Shown here piece by piece: positions 1 to 9,971 of a DNA stretch of 64,000 nucleotides. Every line of letters starts with the position of its first letter. The stretch's first letter is position 1. Under the pieces are notes generated by a model. That model saw only the letters and a list, made by a program, of their open reading frames with translations, was not told the DNA's origin and made no database searches. Origin of the DNA: Pseudomonas aeruginosa PAO1 (GTDB taxonomy: Bacteria > Pseudomonadota > Gammaproteobacteria > Pseudomonadales > Pseudomonadaceae). The stretch lies in NCBI RefSeq assembly GCF_000006765.1, contig NC_002516.2; one strand, given 5' to 3'. The position numbers and the translations under genes are program-made.

Positions 1-543
1 GAAGGCGTACATGTCGCCGTCCTTGATCGTCCGCGCGCTAGTGTCCACGCCTACCGTGCTGCCGTCCGGCAGCACCGGCTCCATGCTGTTGCCGCTGACC
101 GTGACGCAGGCTGCACTGGCCGGATCGATGTTCTTCTTGCGCAGGGTGTACTTGCCGAAGCGCAGCTTGCGCCCGCCGGTCTGCAGGATCACCGTGCTGC
201 CCTTGCCGCCGGACAGCTCGATCTCCTTGTAGAAGGGCAGTTCGATCTCGTCGGCATCCAGGGGCGTTTCGTCGTCCCATGACTCTACTGCGCCAAGCCA
301 ACTGGCATTGGGGCCTGCATTCGCCTGGCCGCGCTCGGCGAGCATCTCGCCACGACCTTCCGCCAGCCACAGGGGGTTGACGCCGCAGGCGCCGGCGATC
401 TGCGCGACGAAGCTGGTGGCGCGGGACTTGCCGCGCTCCAGATCGGAAATGGAGGTCTGGGTCATGCCTACCGCCTGGGCAAGCTGGACCTGGCTGAGAT
501 GGGCGTGCTTGCGCGCCGCCTTGATGCGATCTTTGAGTTCCAT
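1..543 (-). CDS. alpR: AlpR, lambda CI/LexA-like HTH-S24 repressor (3' end outside window)
   Basis: Minus frame from ATG 543: MELKDRIKAARKHAHLSQVQLAQAVGMTQTSISDLERG (HTH_3) ... VSGNSMEPVLPDG (S24 autocleavage Ser motif). Not in the ORF track because it is truncated. Confidence 0.93.
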   Translation of the reverse strand, partial: MELKDRIKAARKHAHLSQVQLAQAVGMTQTSISDLERGKSRATSFVAQIAGACGVNPLWLAEGRGEMLAERGQANAGPNASWLGAVESWDDETPLDADEIELPFYKEIELSGGKGSTVILQTGGRKLRFGKYTLRKKNIDPASAACVTVSGNSMEPVLPDGSTVGVDTSARTIKDGDMYAF

Positions 544-551
544 AGGTGGAA

Positions 552-604
552 AGACTAAGGGTGTGCCTGTGGCATTGCAAGCGTCCGTATATGGGTATTA
601 CCAT
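552..604. promoter_or_regulatory. Back-to-back alpR/alpA promoters sharing palindromic -35 TTGCAA (575-580)
   Basis: Minus: TTGCAA-17-TAGTCT (557-552). Plus: TTGCAA-18-TACCAT (599-604). Inverted repeat TATGG-N6-CCATA at 590-605. Confidence 0.5.
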
Positions 605-713
605 AATTTCAGCGCTTTCCTACTCGCGTCGGGTAGGACGGCGGCCCAACACAGCCACTGCGGGTGGCTAATGCGAGCGGCCAGCCAGGTGGGCCGGCCA
701 AGGAGGGAATACC

Positions 714-1244
714 ATGTTTCAAAGTACCGAGCAGGCGCTGGCCGTGGCCTACTGGATGTTCGAGCACCAGCCGGGACCGAAGTCGTCGACGGCGATGGTG
801 ATCGATGGCCTGCGCGAGCGCTTCGATCGCAGCTTCATCGAACACCTGCCCAGCGGTTTGAGTCCGCACGAATGGCAGGCCCAGGCGGTGATGACCGTGC
901 GTTTCGCCCAGCGCCAGCTGGCTGCGCACCCACTGGAGCTGGCGGTGGTGCGGGCCGAGTTCGCCCGCGGGCGGGATTTCGTCCTTGGCCTGGCGGCTTT
1001 GCGCGACTGGCTGAAGCCCGGGGCCGACCCGATCGAGCAGCGGGCAACCCTGGCCTTGCTGATGCGCATGTTCCGTCGTCCGCCGTCGAGCATCCGCGAG
1101 ATCGAGCGACTCAGCGGGCTGTCGAAGAGCACCCTGCATCGCTGGGACAAGGAATGGCGCGAGCGGGTCGTCGCTTTGCTGCGCCAGGCCTTGCAGCGGC
1201 TGGAGGAGCCGATGGCGGAGGTGGGGATCGTGGGCGAGCGCTAA
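714..1244 (+). CDS. alpA: AlpA, Q-like DNA-binding processive antiterminator
   Basis: 176 aa, divergent from the CI-like repressor, C-terminal HTH (SIREIERLSGLSKSTLHRWDK), good RBS GGAGGG. Confidence 0.9.
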   Translation: MFQSTEQALAVAYWMFEHQPGPKSSTAMVIDGLRERFDRSFIEHLPSGLSPHEWQAQAVMTVRFAQRQLAAHPLELAVVRAEFARGRDFVLGLAALRDWLKPGADPIEQRATLALLMRMFRRPPSSIREIERLSGLSKSTLHRWDKEWRERVVALLRQALQRLEEPMAEVGIVGER

Positions 1245-1277
1245 AAAAATTTCTGCATGAAAACGGGTTTTCCCATA

Positions 1278-1306
1278 TTGACGCTATGGGACGATAAAGG
1301 TATAAA
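1278..1306 (+). promoter_or_regulatory. PalpB sigma70 promoter; spacer is the expected AlpA-binding element region
   Basis: TTGACG(1278-83)-17 bp-TATAAA(1301-06). That the AlpA element lies in this promoter is recalled from the literature. Confidence 0.8.
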
Positions 1307-1329
1307 TTCTCCACGATTGAAATTCCTCT

Positions 1330-1395
1330 GGCCGAAGCCCGCCGATGCGGGCTTCGGCCGTTCCGGGCCCGCCTTTTCGGCGGGCCTTTGCATTT
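1330..1395 (+). terminator. Tandem hairpins/terminators in the alpB leader
   Basis: Perfect 13-bp stem 1330-1359; 8-bp stem 1366-1386 followed by TTTGCATTT. Confidence 0.8.
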
Positions 1396-1408
1396 CCGGG
1401 AGTCATCC

Positions 1409-1783
1409 ATGTCCGAGCCAAGCTCTGCGGCCTCCGCCGCCAGCGCAATGGCTGGCGTCGGCCTGGCCATGTACCTGCCGGGTATCGATGGCAACGCCTT
1501 GCTGGGAGGCTTCGGCGGCGCCATCTTCTTTGTCGTGTTCGCCCGTGACTACAACGCCCTGACCCGCCTCGGCTACCTGCTGGTGTCCTGGGTCGGCGGC
1601 TATTACGCCGGAATCGAGGCGCTCGGCCGCGGATTGACCCAGACCAGCGGCATGGCCGCCTTCGTCGCCGCGACCCTCTGCGTGACCGGCGGCATCGGCA
1701 TGCTCGAGTGGATGCGTGGCGGCGAACTGCCCAGCTGGATGCGCGGGCTGTTGCGCCGCCGGGGAGGCAAGTCCGATGGTTGA
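1409..1783 (+). CDS. alpB: AlpB, phage holin-like membrane protein
   Basis: 124 aa, hydrophobic helices, basic C-terminus (LLRRRGGK), RBS GGGAG. Confidence 0.85.
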   Translation: MSEPSSAASAASAMAGVGLAMYLPGIDGNALLGGFGGAIFFVVFARDYNALTRLGYLLVSWVGGYYAGIEALGRGLTQTSGMAAFVAATLCVTGGIGMLEWMRGGELPSWMRGLLRRRGGKSDG

Positions 1784-2051
1784 TCCGCTGTCCACCCTGA
1801 CCGTGCTGGTCTGCTCGGCGATCTGCATGCGCCTGATCACCTATCGCCGCGCCGGCGCGCGTTTCCGCCCCGGCGTTTCCCTGTGCGCCTACCTGCTGGC
1901 GTTGTGCACCGGCTGCCAGGCGCTGGGAATAGTGGCCGGGTTGTATCGCGCCGAGCACCTCTCGCCGTGGATGCTCGGGGTACTGCTGGTGCTGCTGGTC
2001 CTGCTGTTGCAGGCGCGCGGCAACCTGGCGCGGGTCCTGCGCCTGCATTGA
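1776..2051 (+). CDS. alpC: AlpC, second small holin/antiholin-like membrane protein
   Basis: 91 aa, 3 hydrophobic segments, overlaps the alpB stop by 8 nt. Confidence 0.8.
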   Translation: MVDPLSTLTVLVCSAICMRLITYRRAGARFRPGVSLCAYLLALCTGCQALGIVAGLYRAEHLSPWMLGVLLVLLVLLLQARGNLARVLRLH

Positions 2052-2142
2052 ACGAACGTACTTCGCTCCGGCCTGGCCGGCGGTTGTATCCGCCGCGTCG
2101 GTGCCTGTCCGTCATCCATCCATCCTGAAAAAGGAGTTCGCC

Positions 2143-2646
2143 ATGTCCAGTGCAACCGTGCGCCTGGATCACGCCGCCCTGCGCGAAACGTTGCGGCAGT
2201 TGTTCGGCCTGCCCGCCGGCAGCGTCATCGATGCCGATCAACTGCTGGCCCCGCCGGCCATCCCCTTCATGACCTTGCGCCTGGAGTCCTTGAGCCTGCT
2301 TGGCAAGGTGCGGCGGGAGTTTTCCGCCAGTGGTGAGCAGGAGTCCCTGCTGGCCAGTTGCGAGAGCATCTTTCGCCTGACCTGGCATGGTCCCGAGGCG
2401 CACCAGTACCTGCAGGATGCCCGCTGCCTGCTGCAGTCAGGCAATGCCGGCGAGCGCCTGCGCGTGCTGAAGGCCAGCCTGCTGCGCCTGACACCCATCG
2501 AAAACCTGTCCGTCGTGCAGGATGGCCAGGCGCTGGGGCAGGCTCGTTTCGACCTTGTTCTCGCTCACGAACACGTGCTGCTCGTCGACCTCGAGCGCAC
2601 CGCTCCCGGGCAGGCCTCCGGGGGGGCGGGTGGAACGGCTTCCTAG
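2143..2646 (+). CDS. alpD: AlpD, phage-derived protein (tail/neck-terminator-like)
   Basis: 167 aa, strong RBS AAGGAG, position in the operon; family resemblance judged by eye. Confidence 0.75.
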   Translation: MSSATVRLDHAALRETLRQLFGLPAGSVIDADQLLAPPAIPFMTLRLESLSLLGKVRREFSASGEQESLLASCESIFRLTWHGPEAHQYLQDARCLLQSGNAGERLRVLKASLLRLTPIENLSVVQDGQALGQARFDLVLAHEHVLLVDLERTAPGQASGGAGGTAS

Positions 2647-2698
2647 AGGTCGTTGCGATGCATCGTAGCGATGCCATCCATACATAGAGGAGAGATCC

Positions 2699-3151
2699 AT
2701 GGTCATGTTGATCAGTCGTCGCGTCGGCATCGTTCGCCTGGATGCGGTGATTTCCGAAAACCTCGCGCAGGCTGCCGTCAGCGCGCGCGGCGACCAGCTC
2801 ATCACCATCGTCGGCAGCATTGTCGACCATGCGCCCGCTGGCGAGCCGTTGCCCTCCTTGCTGCCGATGGAGGGAGGCAGCCGCGCGTTGAACGAGTGCC
2901 GTGTGCGCAAGGGCATCGCTGCCTTGACTTCACTGCAAGGCGCTTCCGAAACGGTGGACGTGCAAACGGGATTCCACCTGTATCGCGGTCTGTTCATCAC
3001 GCGCGTTGTTGCCCGGCGAACCGCAGAAAGAGGATTGAGCCTGACCATAACCGCCAGCCAGAGGCGTGCGCGGCGGGCAGGCGGTAGGTTGCTTAAGACT
3101 GTCGTCCGTCTTTTCCATGCAGGCAGGGCGACACCCTGCCCGGCACGCTAA
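2699..3151 (+). CDS. alpE: AlpE, phage-derived protein (Dit/baseplate N-terminal-like)
   Basis: 150 aa, RBS GAGGAG; family resemblance judged by eye. Confidence 0.7.
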   Translation: MVMLISRRVGIVRLDAVISENLAQAAVSARGDQLITIVGSIVDHAPAGEPLPSLLPMEGGSRALNECRVRKGIAALTSLQGASETVDVQTGFHLYRGLFITRVVARRTAERGLSLTITASQRRARRAGGRLLKTVVRLFHAGRATPCPAR

Positions 3152-3171
3152 GGGCGATGCCGGTCCTGCTT

Positions 3172-3711
3172 TCATCGGTATGAGGACGGCCCGGCCTTAG
3201 CTCCCGGGATCGACTCGCTCCACCCGGTACCTTCTCTTCCCTTCACACATCCCTCCTGATCGAAGCTCACGCTTCTCGCTCCCCGTCGCTTGTCGGCCTT
3301 GTACTGATAACGCACCTCCGCATTGTTCCCGCTGACCCGGTCCGGCTTGCCCAGCGCCCGCTCCACATCGGAGCGGGTCATTCCCGCCATTATCCGCTGC
3401 TCCACGATCGCCTTGCGGCGTTCCTTCTCGTCCAGGCGTCTGCCGCAGCGATCTTCTCTTTCTCCGATCACCGCGAGCGGCACGCTTTTCCGGCCGATGG
3501 ACGCCTTTTTCGTCTTCGTCTCGGCCATCGGCGTGACGCTCCTGCCTCCCGGCGGCGGGTTGTCCGCCACGACGGTCTCGCCGGCCTGCCCGGCGGGGCA
3601 ACCGAGTTGGGTGAAGCTGACATGGCCGCTGGCGTCTTCGCAGCGGAATACCGCAGCGGCCTCGCAGGTGGACGCCAGCGAGAGGAGGAGAAGGAGGGAC
3701 AGGGAACGCAT
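3172..3711 (-). CDS. Exported DUF4124-domain protein with C-terminal SmpA/BamE-like segment
   Basis: Signal peptide, VFRCEDASGHVSFTQLGCP (DUF4124), GMTRSDVERALGKP; GGAG 8 nt before ATG 3711. Confidence 0.75.
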   Translation of the reverse strand: MRSLSLLLLLSLASTCEAAAVFRCEDASGHVSFTQLGCPAGQAGETVVADNPPPGGRSVTPMAETKTKKASIGRKSVPLAVIGEREDRCGRRLDEKERRKAIVEQRIMAGMTRSDVERALGKPDRVSGNNAEVRYQYKADKRRGARSVSFDQEGCVKGREGTGWSESIPGAKAGPSSYR

Positions 3712-3889
3712 GGGCGGCACTCCGGGTCGGATAAGGGTGAGTGCAGGCTAACGCGTTGCCTTTTTCCGCGGGGCCGAGTGTCCTGAGTGAAATTTCCGGC
3801 GTCGCAGTCAGGCGTCGAGTGACGATGAACTTTGTGCCGCAAGCGCTTGTTCTTGCCGCCATTTTGTAACGCGCAAAACGCAAGCGGAG

Positions 3890-3898
3890 TGTTATCAT
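3890..3898 (+). promoter_or_regulatory. Extended -10 promoter for mgtE
   Basis: TG-T-TATCAT; implies an approx 130-nt leader. Confidence 0.5.
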
Positions 3899-3937
3899 TA
3901 TCCGTATCTGCCCCGAGAGGGCCCTTGGAACACCCCC

Positions 3938-3994
3938 ATGGACTTACCCAGTAGAAACTCGAACAGTTTCCCGTTTGACCAATCACGTTTCTGA
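3938..3994 (+). CDS. Candidate 18-aa leader peptide MDLPSRNSNSFPFDQSRF upstream of mgtE
   Basis: ATG..TGA in the leader, GGA 8 nt upstream, overlaps alternative pairing segments. Confidence 0.45.
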   Translation: MDLPSRNSNSFPFDQSRF

Positions 3995-4004
3995 TTGACC
4001 CCTT

Positions 4005-4038
4005 TGGCGTGCTCCGCTACTGGGGGTGGAGCGCGCTA
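4005..4038 (+). promoter_or_regulatory. Hairpin sequestering the mgtE Shine-Dalgarno and the first base of its AUG
   Basis: 14-bp stem with G-U pairs, 4005-4018 paired with 4025-4038, covering GGAG 4028-4031. Confidence 0.65.
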
Positions 4039-5486
4039 TGACCGAAGTAGAAGCCAAGAAGCCGCAGGAAAGCCTGCAGGACCGCCTAGCGCAGGTGGTC
4101 GAGCTGCTGCATCGCCACAAGGTGGTGGAAGACCTGACCCATCGTCAGGAAGGCCAGCACCATGACCGGGTGGAAAACCTCGTCCACCGGCAGAATCTCG
4201 TAGAACTCCAGCGCAAGCTGGAGGAACTGCACCCCGCCGACATCGCCCACATCCTCGAATCGCTGCCGCTGGACGACCGCCTGACGGTCTGGCAACTGGT
4301 CAAGTCCGAGGACGACGGCGACATCCTCCTCGAAGTCTCCGACGCGGTCCGGGAAACCCTGATCGCGGACATGGACGACCACGAGATCATCGCCGCGACC
4401 AAGGACCTGGACGCCGACGAACTCGCCGACCTGGCACCGGAACTGCCGCGCGACGTGGTCCATGAACTGATGGAAAGCCTCGACGCGCAGCAGCGCGAGC
4501 GAGTGCGTTCGGCGCTGTCCTACGAGGAGGACCAGGTCGGCGCGCTGATGGACTTCGAGATGGTCACCATCCGCGAGGACGTCAGCCTGGAAGTGGTGCT
4601 GCGCTACCTGCGCCGCCTGAAGGAACTGCCCGGGCATACCGACAAACTGTTCGTGGTCGACTACGACGGCGTGCTCAAGGGCGTGCTGCCGATCAAGCGC
4701 CTGCTGGTCAACGATCCGGACAAGCAAGTGCTGGAAGTCATGGCCACCGACCCGGTGACCTTCCACCCGGACGAGGACGGCTACGACGCCGCCCAGGCAT
4801 TCGAGCGTTACGACCTGATTTCCGCGCCGGTGGTGGACAAGGGCGGCAAGCTGATCGGTCGTCTGACCATCGACGAGATGGTCGACCTGATCCGTGAGGA
4901 AAGCGAAAGCGAAGTCCTCAACATGGCCGGTCTGCGTGAAGAAGAAGACATCTTCGCCTCGGTCTGGAAGTCGGTGCGCAACCGCTGGGCCTGGCTGGCC
5001 ACCAACCTGATCACCGCCTTCGTCGCCTCGCGGGTGATCGGTCTGTTCGAAGGCTCCATCGAGAAACTGGTGGCGCTGGCCGCGCTGATGCCGATCGTTG
5101 CCGGCATCGGTGGCAATTCCGGCAACCAGACCATCACCATGATCGTCCGCGCCATCGCGCTCGACCAGGTACAGCCGACCAGCAACAGTCGCAACCGCCT
5201 GCTGCGCAAGGAGCTTGGCGTCGCGCTGGTCAACGGCCTGGCGTGGGGCGGAGTGATCGGCGTGGTGGCCTTCTATCTTTACGGCAACTGGGAACTGGGC
5301 GTGGTGATGACCGCCGCGATGACCCTGAACCTGCTGCTGGCGGCGATGATGGGAGTGCTGATCCCGATGACCCTGCATCGTTTCGGACGCGATCCGGCGA
5401 TGGGCTCCAGCGTGATGATCACTGCGATGACCGACAGCGGCGGTTTCTTCATCTTCCTCGGCCTGGCGACGATCTTCCTGATGTAG
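4038..5486 (+). CDS. mgtE: Magnesium transporter MgtE
   Basis: N-domain (LHPADIA), tandem CBS domains, TM domain with GGNSGNQT and AMTDSGG. Confidence 0.97.
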   Translation: MTEVEAKKPQESLQDRLAQVVELLHRHKVVEDLTHRQEGQHHDRVENLVHRQNLVELQRKLEELHPADIAHILESLPLDDRLTVWQLVKSEDDGDILLEVSDAVRETLIADMDDHEIIAATKDLDADELADLAPELPRDVVHELMESLDAQQRERVRSALSYEEDQVGALMDFEMVTIREDVSLEVVLRYLRRLKELPGHTDKLFVVDYDGVLKGVLPIKRLLVNDPDKQVLEVMATDPVTFHPDEDGYDAAQAFERYDLISAPVVDKGGKLIGRLTIDEMVDLIREESESEVLNMAGLREEEDIFASVWKSVRNRWAWLATNLITAFVASRVIGLFEGSIEKLVALAALMPIVAGIGGNSGNQTITMIVRAIALDQVQPTSNSRNRLLRKELGVALVNGLAWGGVIGVVAFYLYGNWELGVVMTAAMTLNLLLAAMMGVLIPMTLHRFGRDPAMGSSVMITAMTDSGGFFIFLGLATIFLM

Positions 5487-5503
5487 CCGGAGCGCCACGC
5501 GAG

Positions 5504-5527
5504 AAGCCGCCCACGGGCGGCTTTTTT
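5504..5527 (+). terminator. Intrinsic terminator of mgtE
   Basis: AAGCCGCC-CACG-GGCGGCTT + T run. Confidence 0.85.
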
Positions 5528-5535
5528 CATGGCGG

Positions 5536-5928
5536 TCAGATCAGCGGGGAAACCTTCGGTGGCGACCAGGACAGCACGCTCAGGCAGCGATCGCCGCCAT
5601 TGACGAAATACTCGTCGACGGCCTTGGTCTCGCGGGCGACGAAGCCCTCGCGACGGCATTCCTGGTCCAGCCAGCCGCCTTGCTCGACCCGGTACAGCCA
5701 ACCCTCGGATGCCGCACAGGCTGGCCAGAATTCCAGCAGGTCGGCAGCGTCGAGCTGGCGCAGGCCTTCGACTTCGACGAACTCGACGCGCCAGGTGCGC
5801 TGGTTGGCGAGGTCGCGGACGAGGATGGTCAGGCCGGCGCGATCCTGGCGGCACTCCAGGAACCAGGGGTCGACGCAGGGCGGCGCCTGGAGCAGAACCG
5901 CCAGCAGTGGCTCCGCGCGTTCAGCCAC
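5536..5928 (-). CDS. Hypothetical protein
   Basis: 130 aa, GTG start overlapping the upstream gene stop, typical codon usage. Confidence 0.65.
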   Translation of the reverse strand: MAERAEPLLAVLLQAPPCVDPWFLECRQDRAGLTILVRDLANQRTWRVEFVEVEGLRQLDAADLLEFWPACAASEGWLYRVEQGGWLDQECRREGFVARETKAVDEYFVNGGDRCLSVLSWSPPKVSPLI

Positions 5929-6382
5929 GGACGCGCAGGGTCAGGCCCTTGAGGAAGTTGCGCAGCAACTGGTCGCCGCAGGTCCGGTAGTTGCTGTGGC
6001 CGGGCTTGCGAAACAGGGCGCTCAGCTCGGGTTTGGAGACCGGGAAGTCGACGCTGTCGAGGATGGCATGGAGGTCTTCCTCCTTGAGTTCGAAGGCGAC
6101 CCGCAGCTTCTTCAGGATCATGTTGTTGCTCAACGGCAGCTCCAGCGGCGGTAGCGGACGCGACTCGTCGCGACCGCGGCGCTGGATGATCAGTCCGTCC
6201 AGGCAGCGCGCCAGGTAGCGGTCGGGGCAGGCCTGGAAGCCGTCTTCGTCTTCCTTCTTCAGGTAAGCCTCGAGCAGGTCCGCTTCGACTTGCTCGCCGA
6301 ACCGGGCGGCCAGTTCGGCCAGATGTGCGTCGGGAAGATCCAGCAGGTAGCGCAGGCTGCGTAGTACGTCGTTGTTGAGCAT
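5921..6382 (-). CDS. DUF1456/YehS family protein
   Basis: MLNNDVLRSLRY...LSNNMILKKLRVAF...CGDQLLRNFLKGL duplicated motif. Confidence 0.88.
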   Translation of the reverse strand: MLNNDVLRSLRYLLDLPDAHLAELAARFGEQVEADLLEAYLKKEDEDGFQACPDRYLARCLDGLIIQRRGRDESRPLPPLELPLSNNMILKKLRVAFELKEEDLHAILDSVDFPVSKPELSALFRKPGHSNYRTCGDQLLRNFLKGLTLRVRG

Positions 6383-6408
6383 CGTGCTCTCCGGAACGGT
6401 TGGCGATG

Positions 6409-6433
6409 AAAAAGCCCCGCGGGGCGGGGCTCT
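6409..6433 (-). terminator. Terminator after rimO
   Basis: AGCCCCGC/GCGGGGCT stem with a U tail on the minus strand. Confidence 0.75.
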
Positions 6434-6443
6434 TCAGGGGGGC

Positions 6444-7766
<1,323 letters not shown>

Positions 7767-8012
7767 GGCTAACCTCGGTAGGCGGGCGCGCTTGCTGGCG
7801 CCTCTGATCAAAAAGTGCGCAATTCTAGCGGCAGCGCCGCGGCTTTTCCAGTCTCCCGTGCAGCTCTTTTCCGGCCCTGGAAAAACTCACCGCGGGCGCT
7901 CGGCAATCGGCTCCCCGGCCTTCTATAGTCATAGCAGTCCGTGGCCTCGGCGCTTGCATCGCGGACGGCATGGGCGCAGCATTTGCCGAATTTTTCCGGG
8001 GGAAAGCGTTTC

Positions 8013-9917
8013 ATGAGTGATGCAGCGACGCGTGCCGAGGAGACTTCGGAGGGGCATTCCAGCTCTGCCATCGGCCTGATGGTCGGGGCGGTTGGAGTCT
8101 GCTATGGGGATATTGGCACCAGTCCCTTGTATACCCTGAAAGAGGTCTTCATCGGCGGCTACGGGGTGCAGGCCAACCACGATGGCGTCCTTGGCGTGCT
8201 GTCGCTGATCTTCTGGTCGCTGGTCTGGGTCGTTTCCATCAAGTACGTGATCTTCGTCCTGCGTGCCGACAACCAGGGCGAGGGCGGGGTGATGGCGCTG
8301 TCGGCCCTGGCGCGCCGGGCGGCGGCGCCGTTCGGCAGGCTGCAGACCTTCGTGGTGGTTGCCGGCCTGATCGGCGCGGCGCTGTTCTACGGCGACAGCA
8401 TGATCACCCCGGCGATCTCGGTACTGTCGGCGGTAGAAGGGCTGGAGATCGCCTTCGACGGCCTGGAGCACTGGACGGTACCGCTGGCGCTTATCGTGCT
8501 GATCGGCCTGTTCCTGATCCAGAAGCACGGCACCGCGCGGATCGGCATCCTATTCGGCCCGGTCATGGTGCTCTGGTTCGGCGCCCTGGCGGCGCTGGGC
8601 GTCTACGGGGTGATCCAGCAGCCGGAAGTGCTGCAGGCGATGAACCCTGTATGGGCCGTGCGTTTCTTCAGCTCGCATCCCGGCATCGGTGTCGCCATCC
8701 TCGGCGCCACCGTACTGGCGCTGACCGGCGCCGAGGCGCTGTACGCCGACATGGGCCACTTCGGTCGCAAGCCGATCGCCCGTGCCTGGTTCCTGCTGGT
8801 GCTGCCGGCGCTGGTGCTGAACTACTTCGGCCAGGGCGCGACCATCCTTTCCAACGCCGAGGCGGCGCGCAACCCCTTCTACCTGCTGGCGCCGGGCTGG
8901 GCGCTGCTGCCGATGGTGGCGCTGTCCACCCTGGCCACGGTGATCGCCTCCCAGGCGGTGATCTCCGGCGCCTTCTCCCTGACCCGCCAGGCGATCCAGC
9001 TCGGCTACGTGCCGCGGATGACCATCCAGCACACTTCCAGCCACGAGCAGGGGCAGATCTACATCGGCGGGGTGAATTGGGCGCTGATGGTCGGCGTGGT
9101 CCTGCTGGTGCTCGGCTTCGAGTCCTCGGCGTCGCTGGCGGCTGCCTACGGCGTGGCGGTGACCGGAACCATGCTGATCACCACCCTGCTGATGGGCGTG
9201 GTGATCTGGCGCCTGTGGAAATGGCCGCTGTGGCTGGGCGTCCCGTTCTTCTGCGTGATGCTCGCGGTGGACAGCCTGTTCTTCGCCGCCAACCTGCCCA
9301 AGGTGATCCAGGGCGGCGCCTTCCCGGTCATCGCGGGTATCGTCATCTTCATCCTGATGTCCACCTGGAAGCGTGGCCGCCAACTGCTGGTGGAGCGTCT
9401 CGACGAGGGCTCGCTGCCGCTCTCGGTGTTCATTTCCAGCATGCGCGTGCAGCCGCCGCACCGGGTCCAGGGGACCGCGGTGTTCCTTACCGCGCGTACC
9501 GACGCGGTGCCTCACGCGCTGCTGCACAACCTGTTGCACAACCAGGTGCTGCACGAGCAGGTGGTGCTGCTCACCGTGGTCAACGAAGACAGCCCACGGG
9601 TTTCGCCGGATCGCCGTTTCGAGGTCGAGGCCTATGGCGACGGGTTCTTCCGGGTGATCCTGCACTTCGGCTTCATGGAAGAGCCAGACATCCCGGCTGC
9701 CTTGCGCCTGTGCCATCTCAACGAACTGGACTTCAGCCCGATGCGCACCACCTACTTCCTCAGCCGGGAGACGGTGATTCCATCCAAGCGCATCGGCATG
9801 GCGCGCTGGCGCGAGGGGTTGTTCGCCTTCCTGCTGAAGAACGCCAACGGCAACCTGCGCTATTTCAACCTGCCGCTCAACCGGGTGATCGAGTTGGGAA
9901 CCCAGGTCGAGATCTGA
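8013..9917 (+). CDS. kup: Potassium uptake protein Kup
   Basis: [31 protein letters not shown] motifs. Confidence 0.97.
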   Translation: MSDAATRAEETSEGHSSSAIGLMVGAVGVCYGDIGTSPLYTLKEVFIGGYGVQANHDGVLGVLSLIFWSLVWVVSIKYVIFVLRADNQGEGGVMALSALARRAAAPFGRLQTFVVVAGLIGAALFYGDSMITPAISVLSAVEGLEIAFDGLEHWTVPLALIVLIGLFLIQKHGTARIGILFGPVMVLWFGALAALGVYGVIQQPEVLQAMNPVWAVRFFSSHPGIGVAILGATVLALTGAEALYADMGHFGRKPIARAWFLLVLPALVLNYFGQGATILSNAEAARNPFYLLAPGWALLPMVALSTLATVIASQAVISGAFSLTRQAIQLGYVPRMTIQHTSSHEQGQIYIGGVNWALMVGVVLLVLGFESSASLAAAYGVAVTGTMLITTLLMGVVIWRLWKWPLWLGVPFFCVMLAVDSLFFAANLPKVIQGGAFPVIAGIVIFILMSTWKRGRQLLVERLDEGSLPLSVFISSMRVQPPHRVQGTAVFLTARTDAVPHALLHNLLHNQVLHEQVVLLTVVNEDSPRVSPDRRFEVEAYGDGFFRVILHFGFMEEPDIPAALRLCHLNELDFSPMRTTYFLSRETVIPSKRIGMARWREGLFAFLLKNANGNLRYFNLPLNRVIELGTQVEI

Positions 9918-9928
9918 TCCGCTCCGCT

Positions 9929-9964
9929 GCAAAAAAGCGCGCCCGATTGGGCGCGTTTTTTTGC
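9929..9964. terminator. Bidirectional terminator kup/cytochrome b561
   Basis: A6-GCGCGCCC-GATT-GGGCGCG-T7. Confidence 0.9.
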
Positions 9965-9971
9965 GCGTTTC

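Noticed and set aside
38-604. 188-aa minus ORF in the track over alpR
   Set aside because: Wrong frame; the repressor is the frame starting at ATG 543 and running off the window.
2620-2626. G7 tract in alpD as a phase-variation site
   Set aside because: Only about 7 codons from the stop in a low-complexity tail, so slippage would barely change the protein.
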